Origin: Tubiluchus corallicola
Taxonomy: Eukaryota; Animalia; Priapulida
Direction of reading: 5' to 3'
Assembly: GCA_030141605.1 (NCBI GenBank)
Contig: JAQGDQ010000229.1
Coordinates: 248,001 to 312,000, forward strand
DNA: 64,000 nucleotides
Under the pieces are notes generated by a model. The model worked only from the letters and a program-made list of their open reading frames with translations. It did no database searches and had not been told where the DNA came from. The position numbers were made by a program, and so were the translations under genes. Below are positions 25,901-36,979 of this stretch, one piece after another. Each line of letters begins with the position of its first letter. Position 1 is the first letter of the stretch.

Positions 25901-27814
25901 AGAATCATGCTTTGCTGCTTGAGCTCTTGTGACAACCAAGGAATGACTAACATGATCAGCATTTACATCAGGAAACTGCATCTTGGAATGTTTGTTCACT
26001 TCATGAGTGAGTTCATATATGTTATCAAGAGGAATGTCATTCAACTGTTCCAACGATAAGGCACGACCAAGACTCACCTTAGAGTTACCTATTGCAAATT
26101 GGATTTCCTCTGCTTTGGAGAAAGGTTCCAATGCCTCTTTAAAGTCATTTCCAATGACTATCTTCTTAGGCAAATTAGGAATTACTATAACAGTAAGCCA
26201 TCCATTTCCTAATGGTGAGAAAATTGGTATTTTAGCCAACGAAAATTTTTTCGTTTCACCCCAACAGCATATGAGATCAACAGTGTCTTCAGTGTATTGG
26301 TCTTTGGGTAAAAGAGTAGAGAGAACCATGGATGAATCAGCTCCAGTATCCCTAAGTGCATAACATCCAATGCCATTCATTGTAATCCATATATAGTGAT
26401 TACCGTCTCTGAGATAACTGACATTATTCTGATTTGAAGAATCGGAGTAAGACCTTGTTGTTCTCTGAACAACTCCAGACAACTGCTTCTTGAATGCAGA
26501 ATTGAGTATGTCTTTTTTCTCAGACGGTGTTGATTTCTGAATGGACTTATTCCTACATTCATACTTGGAATGTCCTTTTTGCCCACATGAAAAACAATAA
26601 GCTTTTTTAGACTGTTGATAATTTGTGTCTTTGCGACCGCTCATTTGATCAGCGATATCATGATCAATTTTTCCATTGGCAATAGAGGAAACCTTTTTAA
26701 AGTTTCTTGTGCCCTTCCCCTTAAATGGTTTAATTGGTGCCACTTCTGTTGTAGAAGTCCAATAAATATCAGCACAATCTGCCATTTCTAAGTAGGAAGT
26801 GAATTTTTGCCTTTTCAGATAGGCAACTAAATCGTCAGGCAAACTAGCATATGCTTGCTCTAGAAAGAAATGATCGCAGACGGCTTCTTTTGTTTTTGCG
26901 TCAACAGCATTTAACCATGCATTGCCAGCTTTGCGTACACGGCTGAAATAATTTCTGAAGGTTTCAGATTTATATTTGTGCGTATCGCGAAATGCTACAC
27001 GATAGGCCTCTTTGGAAAGTTTATATGCGTCAAGTATTCGTTGTTTTACCGTATCATAATCAGCTATCTCATCTTCTGAAAGTTCATCTAGTGCTCTATT
27101 CGCACGAGGTGTTACTACCCTGCTTAAATTTGCTACGTAGTCTTGTTTAGGGACTTTATTAACGCTCATGCAGCGTTCAAAATTGGAAAACAATTCCAAG
27201 ATATCCATTTTAGAGTCATCCCAAACTGGTAGCTTAATTTTCAGAGGTGACTGATTGTAATGTGGTGTACTTTGATTCATGTAACTGTTCATCCCCATTT
27301 GACTTTGTAAGCGCATTTGTTCTAATTTTATTTGCTCTGTTTGTAAAATTTTTTCTTGCAATTGCAATTCTATCTGCTTAGTTTGTGCTATTTGGAAATA
27401 ATTATGAGGTGATTGCATTTGTTGCACAGGTAACGCATCCTGAAACATATTAGGAATTTTTGGTGGCGGCGTTGTGTAAGGTTTAGATTTCATGCCTCCA
27501 CCAAACTTTTGCACAGCATGTTGGACACTGGGAGTGGACGTAGTGATAGGGAGCTCGGCCGTAGCACCCTCGTCATCACGTGCAATCTGCTGTGTCAGCT
27601 GCGTATCAGGGGGACTAACATTTTCCTCCTGAACTGTGCCTTCCTCAGGATTAACTATGTCAGATTCAACAAAATTCTGGAATGCTAGTATGCGAGTTAT
27701 TAATTCTTGCTTGCTACCTGAGGTTGGTAAACCAAATGCTTTTGCTGTTTCCAAAAGTTCAGCTTTTCTCATGGAATCTAAAGCTTCTTTCGTCAAAACA
27801 ACTTTGGATTCCAT
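22952..27814 (-). CDS. Gag-Pol polyprotein, 1620 aa: SAP-like, SCAN-like capsid, CCHC knuckle, protease, integrase, RT, RNase H
   Basis: CFSCGQKGHSKYEC (26555-26596); ALRDTGA (DTG 26342-26350); integrase HHCC + IDICGP/SDQG/ERFN + WQGPY (~24550-25700); RT FCIDFRKIN, MPFGL, YIDD (23732-23743); RNase H TDAS, EQELLA, TD, ADALSR. Confidence 0.96.
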   Translation of the reverse strand: MESKVVLTKEALDSMRKAELLETAKAFGLPTSGSKQELITRILAFQNFVESDIVNPEEGTVQEENVSPPDTQLTQQIARDDEGATAELPITTSTPSVQHAVQKFGGGMKSKPYTTPPPKIPNMFQDALPVQQMQSPHNYFQIAQTKQIELQLQEKILQTEQIKLEQMRLQSQMGMNSYMNQSTPHYNQSPLKIKLPVWDDSKMDILELFSNFERCMSVNKVPKQDYVANLSRVVTPRANRALDELSEDEIADYDTVKQRILDAYKLSKEAYRVAFRDTHKYKSETFRNYFSRVRKAGNAWLNAVDAKTKEAVCDHFFLEQAYASLPDDLVAYLKRQKFTSYLEMADCADIYWTSTTEVAPIKPFKGKGTRNFKKVSSIANGKIDHDIADQMSGRKDTNYQQSKKAYCFSCGQKGHSKYECRNKSIQKSTPSEKKDILNSAFKKQLSGVVQRTTRSYSDSSNQNNVSYLRDGNHYIWITMNGIGCYALRDTGADSSMVLSTLLPKDQYTEDTVDLICCWGETKKFSLAKIPIFSPLGNGWLTVIVIPNLPKKIVIGNDFKEALEPFSKAEEIQFAIGNSKVSLGRALSLEQLNDIPLDNIYELTHEVNKHSKMQFPDVNADHVSHSLVVTRAQAAKHDSQREFSAASGDDGTKADLNLQSCTSVDDHLQTGDQRNDTLSHLSRAQLIQEQEDDVTLTNLQDNAVSKQTALKKGDAYYLEAGVLHRALRDKKGKTKTLLVVPKSRRLEVLQLAHDTEMASHLGIKKTRQRILSDYTWPGIHNSIKRYVQSCPVCQKTARNMTRDRMKLKPLPVIEKAFDSIQIDICGPFNRTRRNNRYVLVIIDQATRYPDAYAMPNAEASTVARCLLQFMCRYGIPSIIQSDQGTQFKSSLIRDLETALHIQGVFSTPYRPQSQGLCERFNGSLKASIKKLCLAKKTSQWDDLLCFVLFAYREVPQESLKYSPYELVHGHQINGPMAVLRKRWGSEKSTNPVELDDYVAEMIDHLEDITEEAHDQLLQAKVAQKDWYDQKSRHRSLEPGMQVLVLLPSSQKKLAKTWQGPYEVLSKISEYVYEIAIQKKGKKSQCFHINHLKEYISRDAKTILYAQSILPREEQFKNFSDKQPELGEDNNADIWLSLKQQTDMPDHCFPPSLVTPTQSVKDVVIPTHLSKQQQQELTELLDKFSIVFSDIPGKTNLIEHKINLTSDKPISQKPYRIPQAQREAVRLEVQNMKDLGVIEESDSLYSSPAVIVIKGDGTIRFCIDFRKINAITIFDTYPIPRIDETIDQLHSAQYITTLDMTKCYWQIPLELESRPISAFITDFGKFQFNVMPFGLCNSAATAQCLIDRVLEPVITCASGYIDDVAIKSQTWKDHLYHIELVLTCIMHAGLTIKPLKCAFAQREIEFLGYIVGCNVLRPQPAKIQALKDMARPQTKKQVRSFLGFVGFCRRFIKNFSNLAIPLIALTEKCKPNTIVWNDDCEQSFVTLCNAINTESILHSPDFDVTTDASDTSIGATLSQFDTQGNELPITYISRKLSRAEKNYSTIEQELLAIVYSVEKLSFYLVGRRFVVKTDAKSLVPLQNMKVKNKRIARWILLLQEYTFTLEHIPGVKNECADALSRM

Positions 27815-28501
27815 TATGTATTAATTGTTTCAGTGAATGTATGAACGTAAGGTTGCTAATTCACAAGAGTTATACTGTAGTAAGTGTATAGGTAAGCAGA
27901 AAAAAACGCTTAAAATAGACTAAGGCAAAATACGCACAAGTAATGCTATGGTAATTTATGCGCTAAGTTCAGACAGCGCTTTATAAGAAAGTCTGTTTGC
28001 ACTGTGTATTTCAGGGATCTATAGCCAGAGAAAAATTTCCACGCAAATACTATGAAGCCAGTTACTATGTCAAATACACCTATGTACGGGCACTCACGCA
28101 ATAACAACTTATTACCTTGAAAACACAAAACTTAACCGTAAATAGAAAATCATGTGGTGACACACCAAACAGGTATTTTAGCATAAACAAGCATAGGGTT
28201 TTATCAGTCTAATAAAAATTGCAGATATTAGGCATTTATGATTTACGGTATAACACAGTATAAACTGATTAGTATTACCAACATAATTATTATATTTCCT
28301 GCAATCATAGACAGCTCTTCCCTAAAAATTAGTTGCTAAACTACTTTCGTTAAAAGTTGAAACTCACAAAAACGACGCAAATTACAATGTTCACATGTAC
28401 TAGAATGAAGAAAAACAATAACTACTACTGCTGTAAACTGATGTCAAATTAATTATGACAAACCACTGCTACAACTGTTATACTGTGGCAATTACTTTAA
28501 A

Positions 28502-28514
28502 ACCGCTGCCACCA
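28502..28514 (-). other. Primer-binding site, tRNA-Leu type
   Basis: TGGTGGCAGCGGT 1 nt after the 5' LTR; complementary to ...ACCGCTGCCACCA, the 3' end of eukaryotic tRNA-Leu(AAG-type). Confidence 0.85.
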
Positions 28515-28515
28515 T

Positions 28516-29720
28516 TGTGATGACCCTGATCCTGTATTTCCTCTAGGGGAATCAAAGAGGGGCATGCTGCGTTAGTTTTACATCTCATAACAGAAGGGAG
28601 CTAGTATGATAGTCACTAAATGTATGGATGCAGATCGGCCTAAGGCTGATGTTAAAAATACGGGGGGACTATGGCCTATTTGCATTCTATACACTAATGG
28701 ATTGAAGAAAGAAAAAGATCAAATGGCAGACATTAAAATAATTAATCAAACAATTTAATCGTTAACAAATTCCAAAGTGATTCGATTTAAGCAAAAGTTC
28801 AGTAATAACAAAGATATAGCAATATTGACAAAGCTTGGGGTTAGTAGGGTATATACGTTTGCATAAAGTTCATGTCTGCCCACTTTGTACCTAGGTTTTT
28901 TGGAACACCTTTCCTTTAAAGCGAACAGTTTGTAGAACGGTAGCAATACGTCGTAATATAACCTCTGTGTCTGAATACAGTTGTGATTCCAAACTTCGTC
29001 AGAGAAACTACCAATTAGCCTTTACCCAGCAAGTAGCATCGAAGAACATTAGGCTAGTATACGTGATGTTTACGTTATCGGTGCGACGTTAGTTACGATC
29101 GTAACAAAAGCGAAAAGTACCTGTTACCACCCTGGATGTGGTTCTGTAGTAGGTCGATCCATTTGTCAGTCAGTGGGTAACTCCACTATTGCAGACTGCA
29201 AGCCAGCATCTCTGGACAACTCTGGTTGACGACTACAGGTTACAACAACTAGGCTCTCACAGTATCACCATGTACATTACACACCATATCTTGTGTGAAA
29301 CTTTCTAGTACGGCATTTCTGTTCAAAAACACATAACTTCACAGAGACGAGTAAACGACCTGTCTCGTTCTGTGTCAAGTTGCTGTCTCTATCTAAACAG
29401 TGTTAAACGAAGTTCGTCGAGAAGCCACTCGCTTAAACAGCTATAATTTTATTCACCTGTACACTATCGTTAACCTTGACTTAGCCACTGCATTACAGCC
29501 GCGATAGGGCAGACAAGAGTGGGTCAGACGGAATTCAAAAGGGGGTTTGTTAGTAGGTGCCTACATCCTAACAAAATATCAATAATTAATAATACAATTA
29601 ACAATCACTGCCAGTAGCTAAATATCATACATATCAATTAATTAAATGTACAGTATGAATAGGGCTTAATGTTGCATAAGCATAATGTGAGAACTATTAA
29701 ATGTAGGGCGAAACATGACA
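28516..29720 (-). repeat. 5' LTR (1205 bp)
   Basis: TGTCATG...CATCACA on element strand (6/7 terminal inverted repeat); differs from 3' LTR by about 4 substitutions and 2 small indels counted by eye. Confidence 0.96.
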
Positions 29721-31049
29721 TAAACTTCTAACGAACAACCATACAAGCAAGTAAACAAATATGTCAAACGAAAACATTGCTCGCTGGGTCTGTACAAATT
29801 AGCCCAATGCTTAATATTTAATGGGAAGCCTACGTAACTTCTCGCCATGAGTCCCTTAAGTCTACTTCATCAATAAAGAAAATCACACCAGATATAATAT
29901 GAAAAAGCTGCCATCTCTCGCGTTCAGCTGAGCGTGTGCCCTACATATTTACTTGCTTAAAGAACTTATGCTCTGCAGTGATTTCTTACGAAGCCAGAGC
30001 TGATGAAACCTTTGCAATCTTCTTTTACCACCGCTGGCGTTGTCGCGTCAAATTAGGTCGCGCGTGACGGTTCGCGCGCGTGATCATAACCATATTTCGC
30101 CAGCGATCAATTAAGAAGCCATGCGTTATTAGTGACTTCCTCTATAGACTGACAGCATTAAATTAGTCTGATATGACGAGCTGATATACGACTAAAAGCC
30201 GCGCAGTTTAGCTGCAATTACTCACAGCCATACAGGCCCTAGTTGATTTAGTTAGAAATTTATAGCAAAGCACGTGCCAAATTACACCTGTGCTGAGTGA
30301 TTCTGTAATCTGGCACACCTTGGGGAATGATTGACTCGTTAGTGTGGTTAGTTTTTGCCCATTATGTTACTGACCTTTCAGCTTTCAAGTGATATGTAAA
30401 TTTTATAAATTAAAATACACAGAAGATAGTGTATCAAAATATTTACTCTAACACAGAGTCGCCCATTTTCGGCTGCAAAGAGCAGTTGTGTGGAGCCGTT
30501 GAATCCTAGTTTGAGAGATTGAATGAAAGAAGGAGTGATTGATTAGATTGTTTCTGGAACCAGTTAATGAACGAATAGCGAAGGAGACAAAAATGAGTAT
30601 ATAAGTAAGGGAATGCTTGCATAATGAATAAATGAATGATCAAACGAATGAATGAATAAACGAAATAATCAGTGAACGAGTGAATGAATAAATGAGTTAC
30701 ATTGAACAGCTTGGCATTTTCAGGCTTTGTCCAGCACTGAACCGTAGAAGCTACTTGTGGTGGGACCGGAATCTAGTTAACTGTCTAAGATAATCCTTCG
30801 GGATAAGATACTAGACCGATTGGGGCAAGTTTTGACGTTTGGTTGCATATATATATATATATATATCTTTCCTTAACGAGGTAAAACTGCCGGGAAAGGG
30901 AAAAAGGGGCATGGAAAGGGAACTACCCAGAAGCAGCTTTCATGGCAGTCATCTACACATTTACTGATTGGGCTATGCCTTATTTAACTTGGATACTAAA
31001 CACGCTCTATAACCGCGCGGCTAATCACCTAGCTTCAAATAAAACGAAA

Positions 31050-31300
31050 TGGCTGAATGAATAAATGAGTGAATGATTACTAACTCACTGGCTGACTGAC
31101 TGACTGACTGACTGACTGACTGGCTGGCTGAATAAATGAATGAATGAATGAAGGTAGCAAGGAAGGAAGGAAGCAAGGAAGGAAGCAAGGAAAGAAAGAA
31201 AGAAGGAACGGACGAACGAACGAACGAACGAAAAACAAACGAACGAACAAACGAACGAACAAACGAATGAATGAATAAAGGAAAGAAAAAGTCAAGAGAG
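31050..31300. repeat. Compound tetranucleotide microsatellite (GAAT/GACT/GAAG/GAAC)
   Basis: Seen directly. Confidence 0.9.
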
Positions 31301-32005
31301 AAAGATGGGAAAAATTTAGCAACCATGCATGAGGATATTAAATAGGTTATCTACACGCTTATTGAAAAACGTCCATTGTTGCCCAGCAGTAATTTGCTGG
31401 TGATATACTTCGTGCAAACGACTATTAATTCATGCAGCCTTAATTGTAGCAATTTATCACGAGTTCGCAAGTTAGCTTCATAAAAGCGTTTATCATTCGC
31501 TGTGCATTAAATCAACTCGTGTCATTTATTCACTGCCACCCTAACTGTAATTTATAACCTCACGTGCGACTGTACAAAAATCACAGTATGCCTATAAAAC
31601 CAACAAAACAAACCAAGAAATCAAGAAGATTAACGAACGTGATTACGTATACGGTTTTTAGAAATTTCGTTTTTTTACATGGTTGCAGTTTATTACATTT
31701 ATTTTTTTTACACAAAAAACACAGAAGAATTAATTTGATAACGTAAAATCACGGTAGGCCTATAAAATCAAGAAAACAAACGTAATATTAATGAATAGCG
31801 TGATTTACTCGTCTTCTTCTAAAAGATTTCCTTTGCATATCAGTAGTTTATTTGATTTATTTTCACATAAAAAAAATTACGTGGAAGCTAAACATCAGTA
31901 ACATAAATTACATTTGTAACATTTAGTAACATTAGTAGCATTCGTAACAATGATAAAATAATTTTCAAGAGTTCTGCAACATCTTCAATTAATTTAATAC
32001 CTTAC

Positions 32006-32055
32006 CTTGATGGATCTTTGGCAGGAGAAAGAGACAGTTGCACTACCTGCTCGTC
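32006..32055 (-). CDS. AP1AR: AP1AR-like 50-nt exon (DEQVVQLSLSPAKDPS)
   Basis: ttctcttttacag/gtaagg; phase 0 to 2. Confidence 0.65.
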
Positions 32056-32169
32056 CTGTAAAAGAGAAATTAATAAAAACCTCATTATAACTGATCATGG
32101 AAAACGAACTAAAATGATTAAATATGGATTAGAAGCCACTAACGTAAATTTCGTAGAGAGGTTATTAAA

Positions 32170-32284
32170 CAGGTAGATAGGTAGGTAAACAGAAAGCAGG
32201 TAAAGTAGGTATGTGGGCACATCGGTAAGTAGATAACTAGACCTGAGATAGGCGGGTAGATAGGTAAGTAGGTAGGCAGGCAGG

Positions 32285-32318
<34 letters not shown>

Positions 32319-32730
32319 AGTTGATAGGTAGGTACGTAGGCAGGTAGGCCGTTGGTAGGTATTAAGTAGGTAGGTGGGTGAGAAGGTAGAGAGGAAAGTA
32401 AATATGTGGTAGTAAGTGAGCAAGTAGTATGTTTGCAAGCTCGGTAGATAGGTATGTAGGTAGGTAGATAGGCAGGTAGGTAGCTAGGTAGGCAGACAGG
32501 CAGGTAGGTAGGTAGGAGGTGGCAGTTAAGTTAGCAGGTAAGGAGGTAGATAGGTAGGTAGGTAGGCAGGCAGGTTGGTAGGCAGATATATAACCGGCAG
32601 GCAGAGAGGCAGCCAAGTTGAGTCGGTACGTACGTAAATATTAGGTTGGTTAGTGGTAAACAGAACTACGTGATAGGTATTCGACAGGTAAGTAGAAAAG
32701 AAAGAAGATAGGCTGGTAGATAGCTAGGTA
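32170..32730. repeat. Degenerate (GGTA/GATA/GACA/GGCA)n tract
   Basis: Seen directly; source of several spurious ORFs. Confidence 0.85.
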
Positions 32731-34119
32731 GAAATTCATGTGCTGCAAACAGGCGGACAAGCTCTCACAACCTATCTTTGCATCCACTTATTTACATCTT
32801 TTCAAAATATTATCTTTATATTTCTAGCTAACAGGCTTAATCCGACGCAAAGCTGAGTGCAAATATTTTTACGGCCTGTAAAACCGTTGAACGATGTTCG
32901 TGCACATTATAGCTTTTTGCGACAAGTAAATAAAACCGGTATAAATAAAACTCATGTGAATATTTTGTCGTTGACATTTCACCAAGGAATCGCTAAATGT
33001 CAGCTTTGAGTGGTGAATCAAATTCGCGCAGCCGATGTTGGCAGGAAAACGAGGTATAAAAGCCAGTCGGTACCTGTTTATTACTAGAGTAAACATCGGC
33101 TGACAGACCCGCGTGTGGGAGCGAAAGAACAAGACAGGTACGCAAACAGACAGACAAACAGGCAGATAGACTGGCTGACTGACCGACCGACCGACTGACT
33201 AACTGTCAGACAGACACACAGTTAAAAAACACATTTTCCATGTCTCTGGATTTAAATAATTATCATGTTAGGTACTTTCACAAGTTTGTCAGCACTGAGG
33301 CTAATAACTTGCAGGGTCGACGAGAGAAAACATTACCTGTAAATTATTTGATAAAACAAAAATTACACGTCGAAGAAGATATAAAAAATTAAAAGAATAA
33401 CAACACGAATATATATATATATATATATATTCTACACACAATAAAAGTATTTGCAAGTTTTATTTTTCACATTTGCTGAACTTTTTAAAAGGGCTGCTTT
33501 CTAAGTTATGTACATTAAGAAACATTAAAAACCGAGTTTATTTTTCATTTAAAACAATAAATGTTGGAAAGATTTTTTTCTTTGTTGTGGAAATACAATG
33601 TTAAGCATCACATCTTTAAAAAGTTCAACAGAACATTGAGCAAACTTACAACTAATTTTTTTTTTATATGTTCATTGCTACTGTAGTCTGTTAAGCCTTT
33701 TTTACTTCCTTTTGTTGCAAAAGATTTTCTAAAAATGAATTCAATTTCCTTTTGTCGTGGATGAATTTGAAATTGGAATTAGCTGCTTTTCCTGCCATAA
33801 AAACTAGGAAATAGGACCATTTCTTAAAACTTTGTAACTTACACAAGCTTAGTCACTCAAGTACACCTTATATAAAAAACTATACAGTACGAGAAACCAA
33901 TACAGCCAGATCAGTAACATGCTGCTTCGAATCTGTATTTACCCAGACTGTTCTTATCGGTTTTAGTCGGTGTCCAAGCAGTTACCAAACTCCGTTAGTA
34001 TTGGTTTTATCGGGTCGGTAAACATGTTTATTAAATTATAAAGGCTTCTGATCGGTTCAGTAACATCAATGACATCATGATTGGCAACAGGTACGGAGTA
34101 TATGGAGTACAGAGACTCG

Positions 34120-34660
34120 AAGACTATTTAGGGGTATAATTCTTGATGTATTTCGTGATTAGAATCACAGAATTCTATTTTGAAGAAGTATTTCACGATT
34201 GGTGGCCATATTTTTGAGAAAAAAAGACATTGAACAATTTGAAATGGTATTAAAATCGTGCTATTATAGAGTTATTGCTGCAACGTTTATTCTTATATGT
34301 CTTTGTGAACTAATAATGGTGTGGTAAACAGAATTCGTATTGCTTACAACTATGGCATCAGAAAATTGTTTCGCTTAATATGGATTGCAATGCTTCTGGC
34401 ATGTGTATGAACCTATCTTTACCCCATTTTAGTTGCATTCGCAGAAACTCGTGTTACAGCATTCACAACAGATTATTATAATACACTGTCAATGGTATTA
34501 TTATTATTGCTGTTGTCAACTCTTGCTTTTTTGTAAATTTATTTACTTATTCATTTATGTATATATCTTACATTTTTATTGCATTGTATTTTATTTCAAC
34601 TTAGTATTTGTATGTTATATAGAATCAGCTACTGAAATTAAAATTTGAAGTGAATTGATC
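34120..34660 (+). mobile_element. Degraded 3' end of a non-LTR retrotransposon ORF2
   Basis: Interrupted peptide YLGV...YCCNVYSYMSL*...NRIRIAYNYGIRKLFR...CNASGMC...LPHFSCIRRN resembles the post-RT region of LINE ORF2; T-rich tail follows. Confidence 0.6.
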
Positions 34661-36979
34661 GATTTTTTTGATTTAGCCTTCTCACGTCACAATGTTTTCT
34701 TTTACAGGGATATATCTTTTATACATACAGGTGCTTATATACATATTATTAAAGTTCAAAAAGCACGTAAAGCGACCACCAGTAAGATCTCTGTAAAAAA
34801 GCAAAATCGTTGAGAGGGAATGTAAGATTAAGCCTTTATATCAAATATCAACTGATTCAGTGTTTCGCACGTGTTACGTGAACGGCGGTTGGTTAATTAG
34901 TAAAGCGGCCAGGTAAGTGACATGGATAGGCTCTAACATGGCTCTCTGTCCAGTGCAACCTCTGAACTAACATTAGGCAACGAGGCCAGGCCACCGCGCT
35001 TATTTCTAAAAACCCTCATGGCGTGTGCATAATTGAGCACTGCAAATCGCTACTGTGTAAACTTTCAGAAAGTCATGTACACTGAACTATTGCCAGATTT
35101 TCACTCATATTATAATTATACACGCCTGGAAATCACTCTTGAACAGAAGATTGAATTCGTGACTCAACTAACCGATGAAGAACCGGACAATTAGAGAAGA
35201 AACTTTATTGAATCCTTTAATGATTAGCCTGGCATAGAAAACCGATAATGTATTAAACGGCGAAAAAAATTCTAGCGCGTTGGGAGTAGAAAATGAAGTG
35301 TAATCCTCTTTTTCTTCGAAATTTATTTAAAAACAAAGCTAGATGAATTTAACTTACTGAAATTAATTTTAAATAGTTAAAACTGCACAATTTAGATTGA
35401 CATACACTTTAGGTTTTTTTTAAATTAGAATATGGGAATTGAATTGGATTTTAATTTTGCCTGCGTTTTTTTGCAAACTAGATTTTGTATTGATTTTTTA
35501 ATTTAAATTTTTAAAGCTTTTCTTTATAGCGCGTATAGTTTTATGATTTATTTTAAGTTTTGTAAAACTTTCTTTGTAAAACACAGCTGAGTATTTTTAT
35601 ATATTTGGGGCGCTATAAAAATTTTATGTACATGATGCTGCTGCTGCTGATGATGATGATGATGACAAACTGAAGTACTACAGTTCTGCAACGGCAGTCT
35701 GTAACTAACTGTTTTCAGTCTATATTCCGGTGTCCGGGTTGTATTATAATAGTGACTATGCGGTGAATTAAGGCGCGCCATTCCACAACATTTGTGTATT
35801 ACATGTCAATAGTGACAGTATGATGCATTATTACGCATTATATCACAACAACAGTTGTTAATACTGCTATAAACACCTGAAATTTGGATGTTGATCATTT
35901 CTTTCACGTTAAATCATAATGGATATTTAACAACTACAAAATGGAAATTTGATGACACACGGAGTGAAACGATTTAACATTTTCGCATTTTTAATATCTT
36001 TGCCAAACATCATCAGTCTCTTCAGCTTCACCCACAAGAACGCAAACGGAGCTTGAACAGCACAATAAAATCAGCTTTTGTGTGAAAATTTTTCATTTAA
36101 CCTCCTGTTACCACAGTTTCTAATTACCATGGGGAGTTGACAATCCTCCAAATAAATTGAGATGTCAAAAGAAAAAAGTAATCCGAAGCAAGCAGTAATT
36201 TGTAGAACCTATTAACATTATGTATTCTTCAATCGGTATTCATATTATTTGCATTACACCTATTGCAATACGCCTCCCCCGTGGCTGAATCCGCCCCAGT
36301 GCAACCTTCGCGTTCTCAGGAGGAATTGAGAGCAATGAGCAAATTAGGAAAAGTGACACCAAATGTCATTTCTGCCTGTCGTGGATTGCATAATAATGCA
36401 ACACAGCCTTATAATATTTTCTAAATGGAGTACGTGCTAGACCGTGAAGCCAGATGAATTATTATATACCTGCGGCGTCACCACAATGTTATAAATTGCA
36501 GCTTGTAATACGTCTCAAGTTTAAGCGAGAGTGTTATGAGTGTTGTCGACACCTAGCAGTGTCATATTCCACATCCATTATATTTTACATTAGATGTGGG
36601 GCAACAGTGAACTCTTCGATAGTAATATTGCAGCATGCAGCAGTGCACTCTGGTGCAGGTAGGCACGCACGCATGCACCGCTCCCCCCACGCACACACAC
36701 AAGCAAACAAGACAATGTCTTAAGACTAATTAGGTATTAGGGTGATTAGGGTATATTAGGGTCAGTACAGACCAAACTACAGTCACTTTCCATATCTACA
36801 TTATCGCTGTCAAGTGTACAGAACTAGCCACCAAGATCAGCAGCAGCGCTTAGCAGTTTGTTATTACCCTAATATGAAGCGGAGTGAAAGCACGTATGTA
36901 CGCACGCACGCGCGCGGCCGCACACTTCACACACGCGCACACACCACACGGTCACAAAATCATGAGCTAGGTGAGCACG

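Larger units (their letters stand above)
21524..29720 (-). mobile_element. Full-length Ty3/Gypsy LTR retrotransposon, Gmr1-like (INT before RT), 8197 bp
   Basis: Two ~1.2 kb direct LTRs with TG...CA ends, TSD TAAAC (21519-21523 and 29721-29725), PBS, PPT and a single intact gag-pol ORF. Confidence 0.97.

Noticed and set aside
27815-27876. Splice acceptor in the element leader that could fuse host exons to Gag
   Set aside because: In-frame TGA before the Gag ATG, and the phase-2 junction from the host exon meets a stop within a few codons; no fusion protein
31578-31875. Diverged ~168-bp local duplication (smaller ones at 3809-3872, 16377-16513 and 53950-54180)
   Set aside because: Ordinary local duplications with no coding or structural signal
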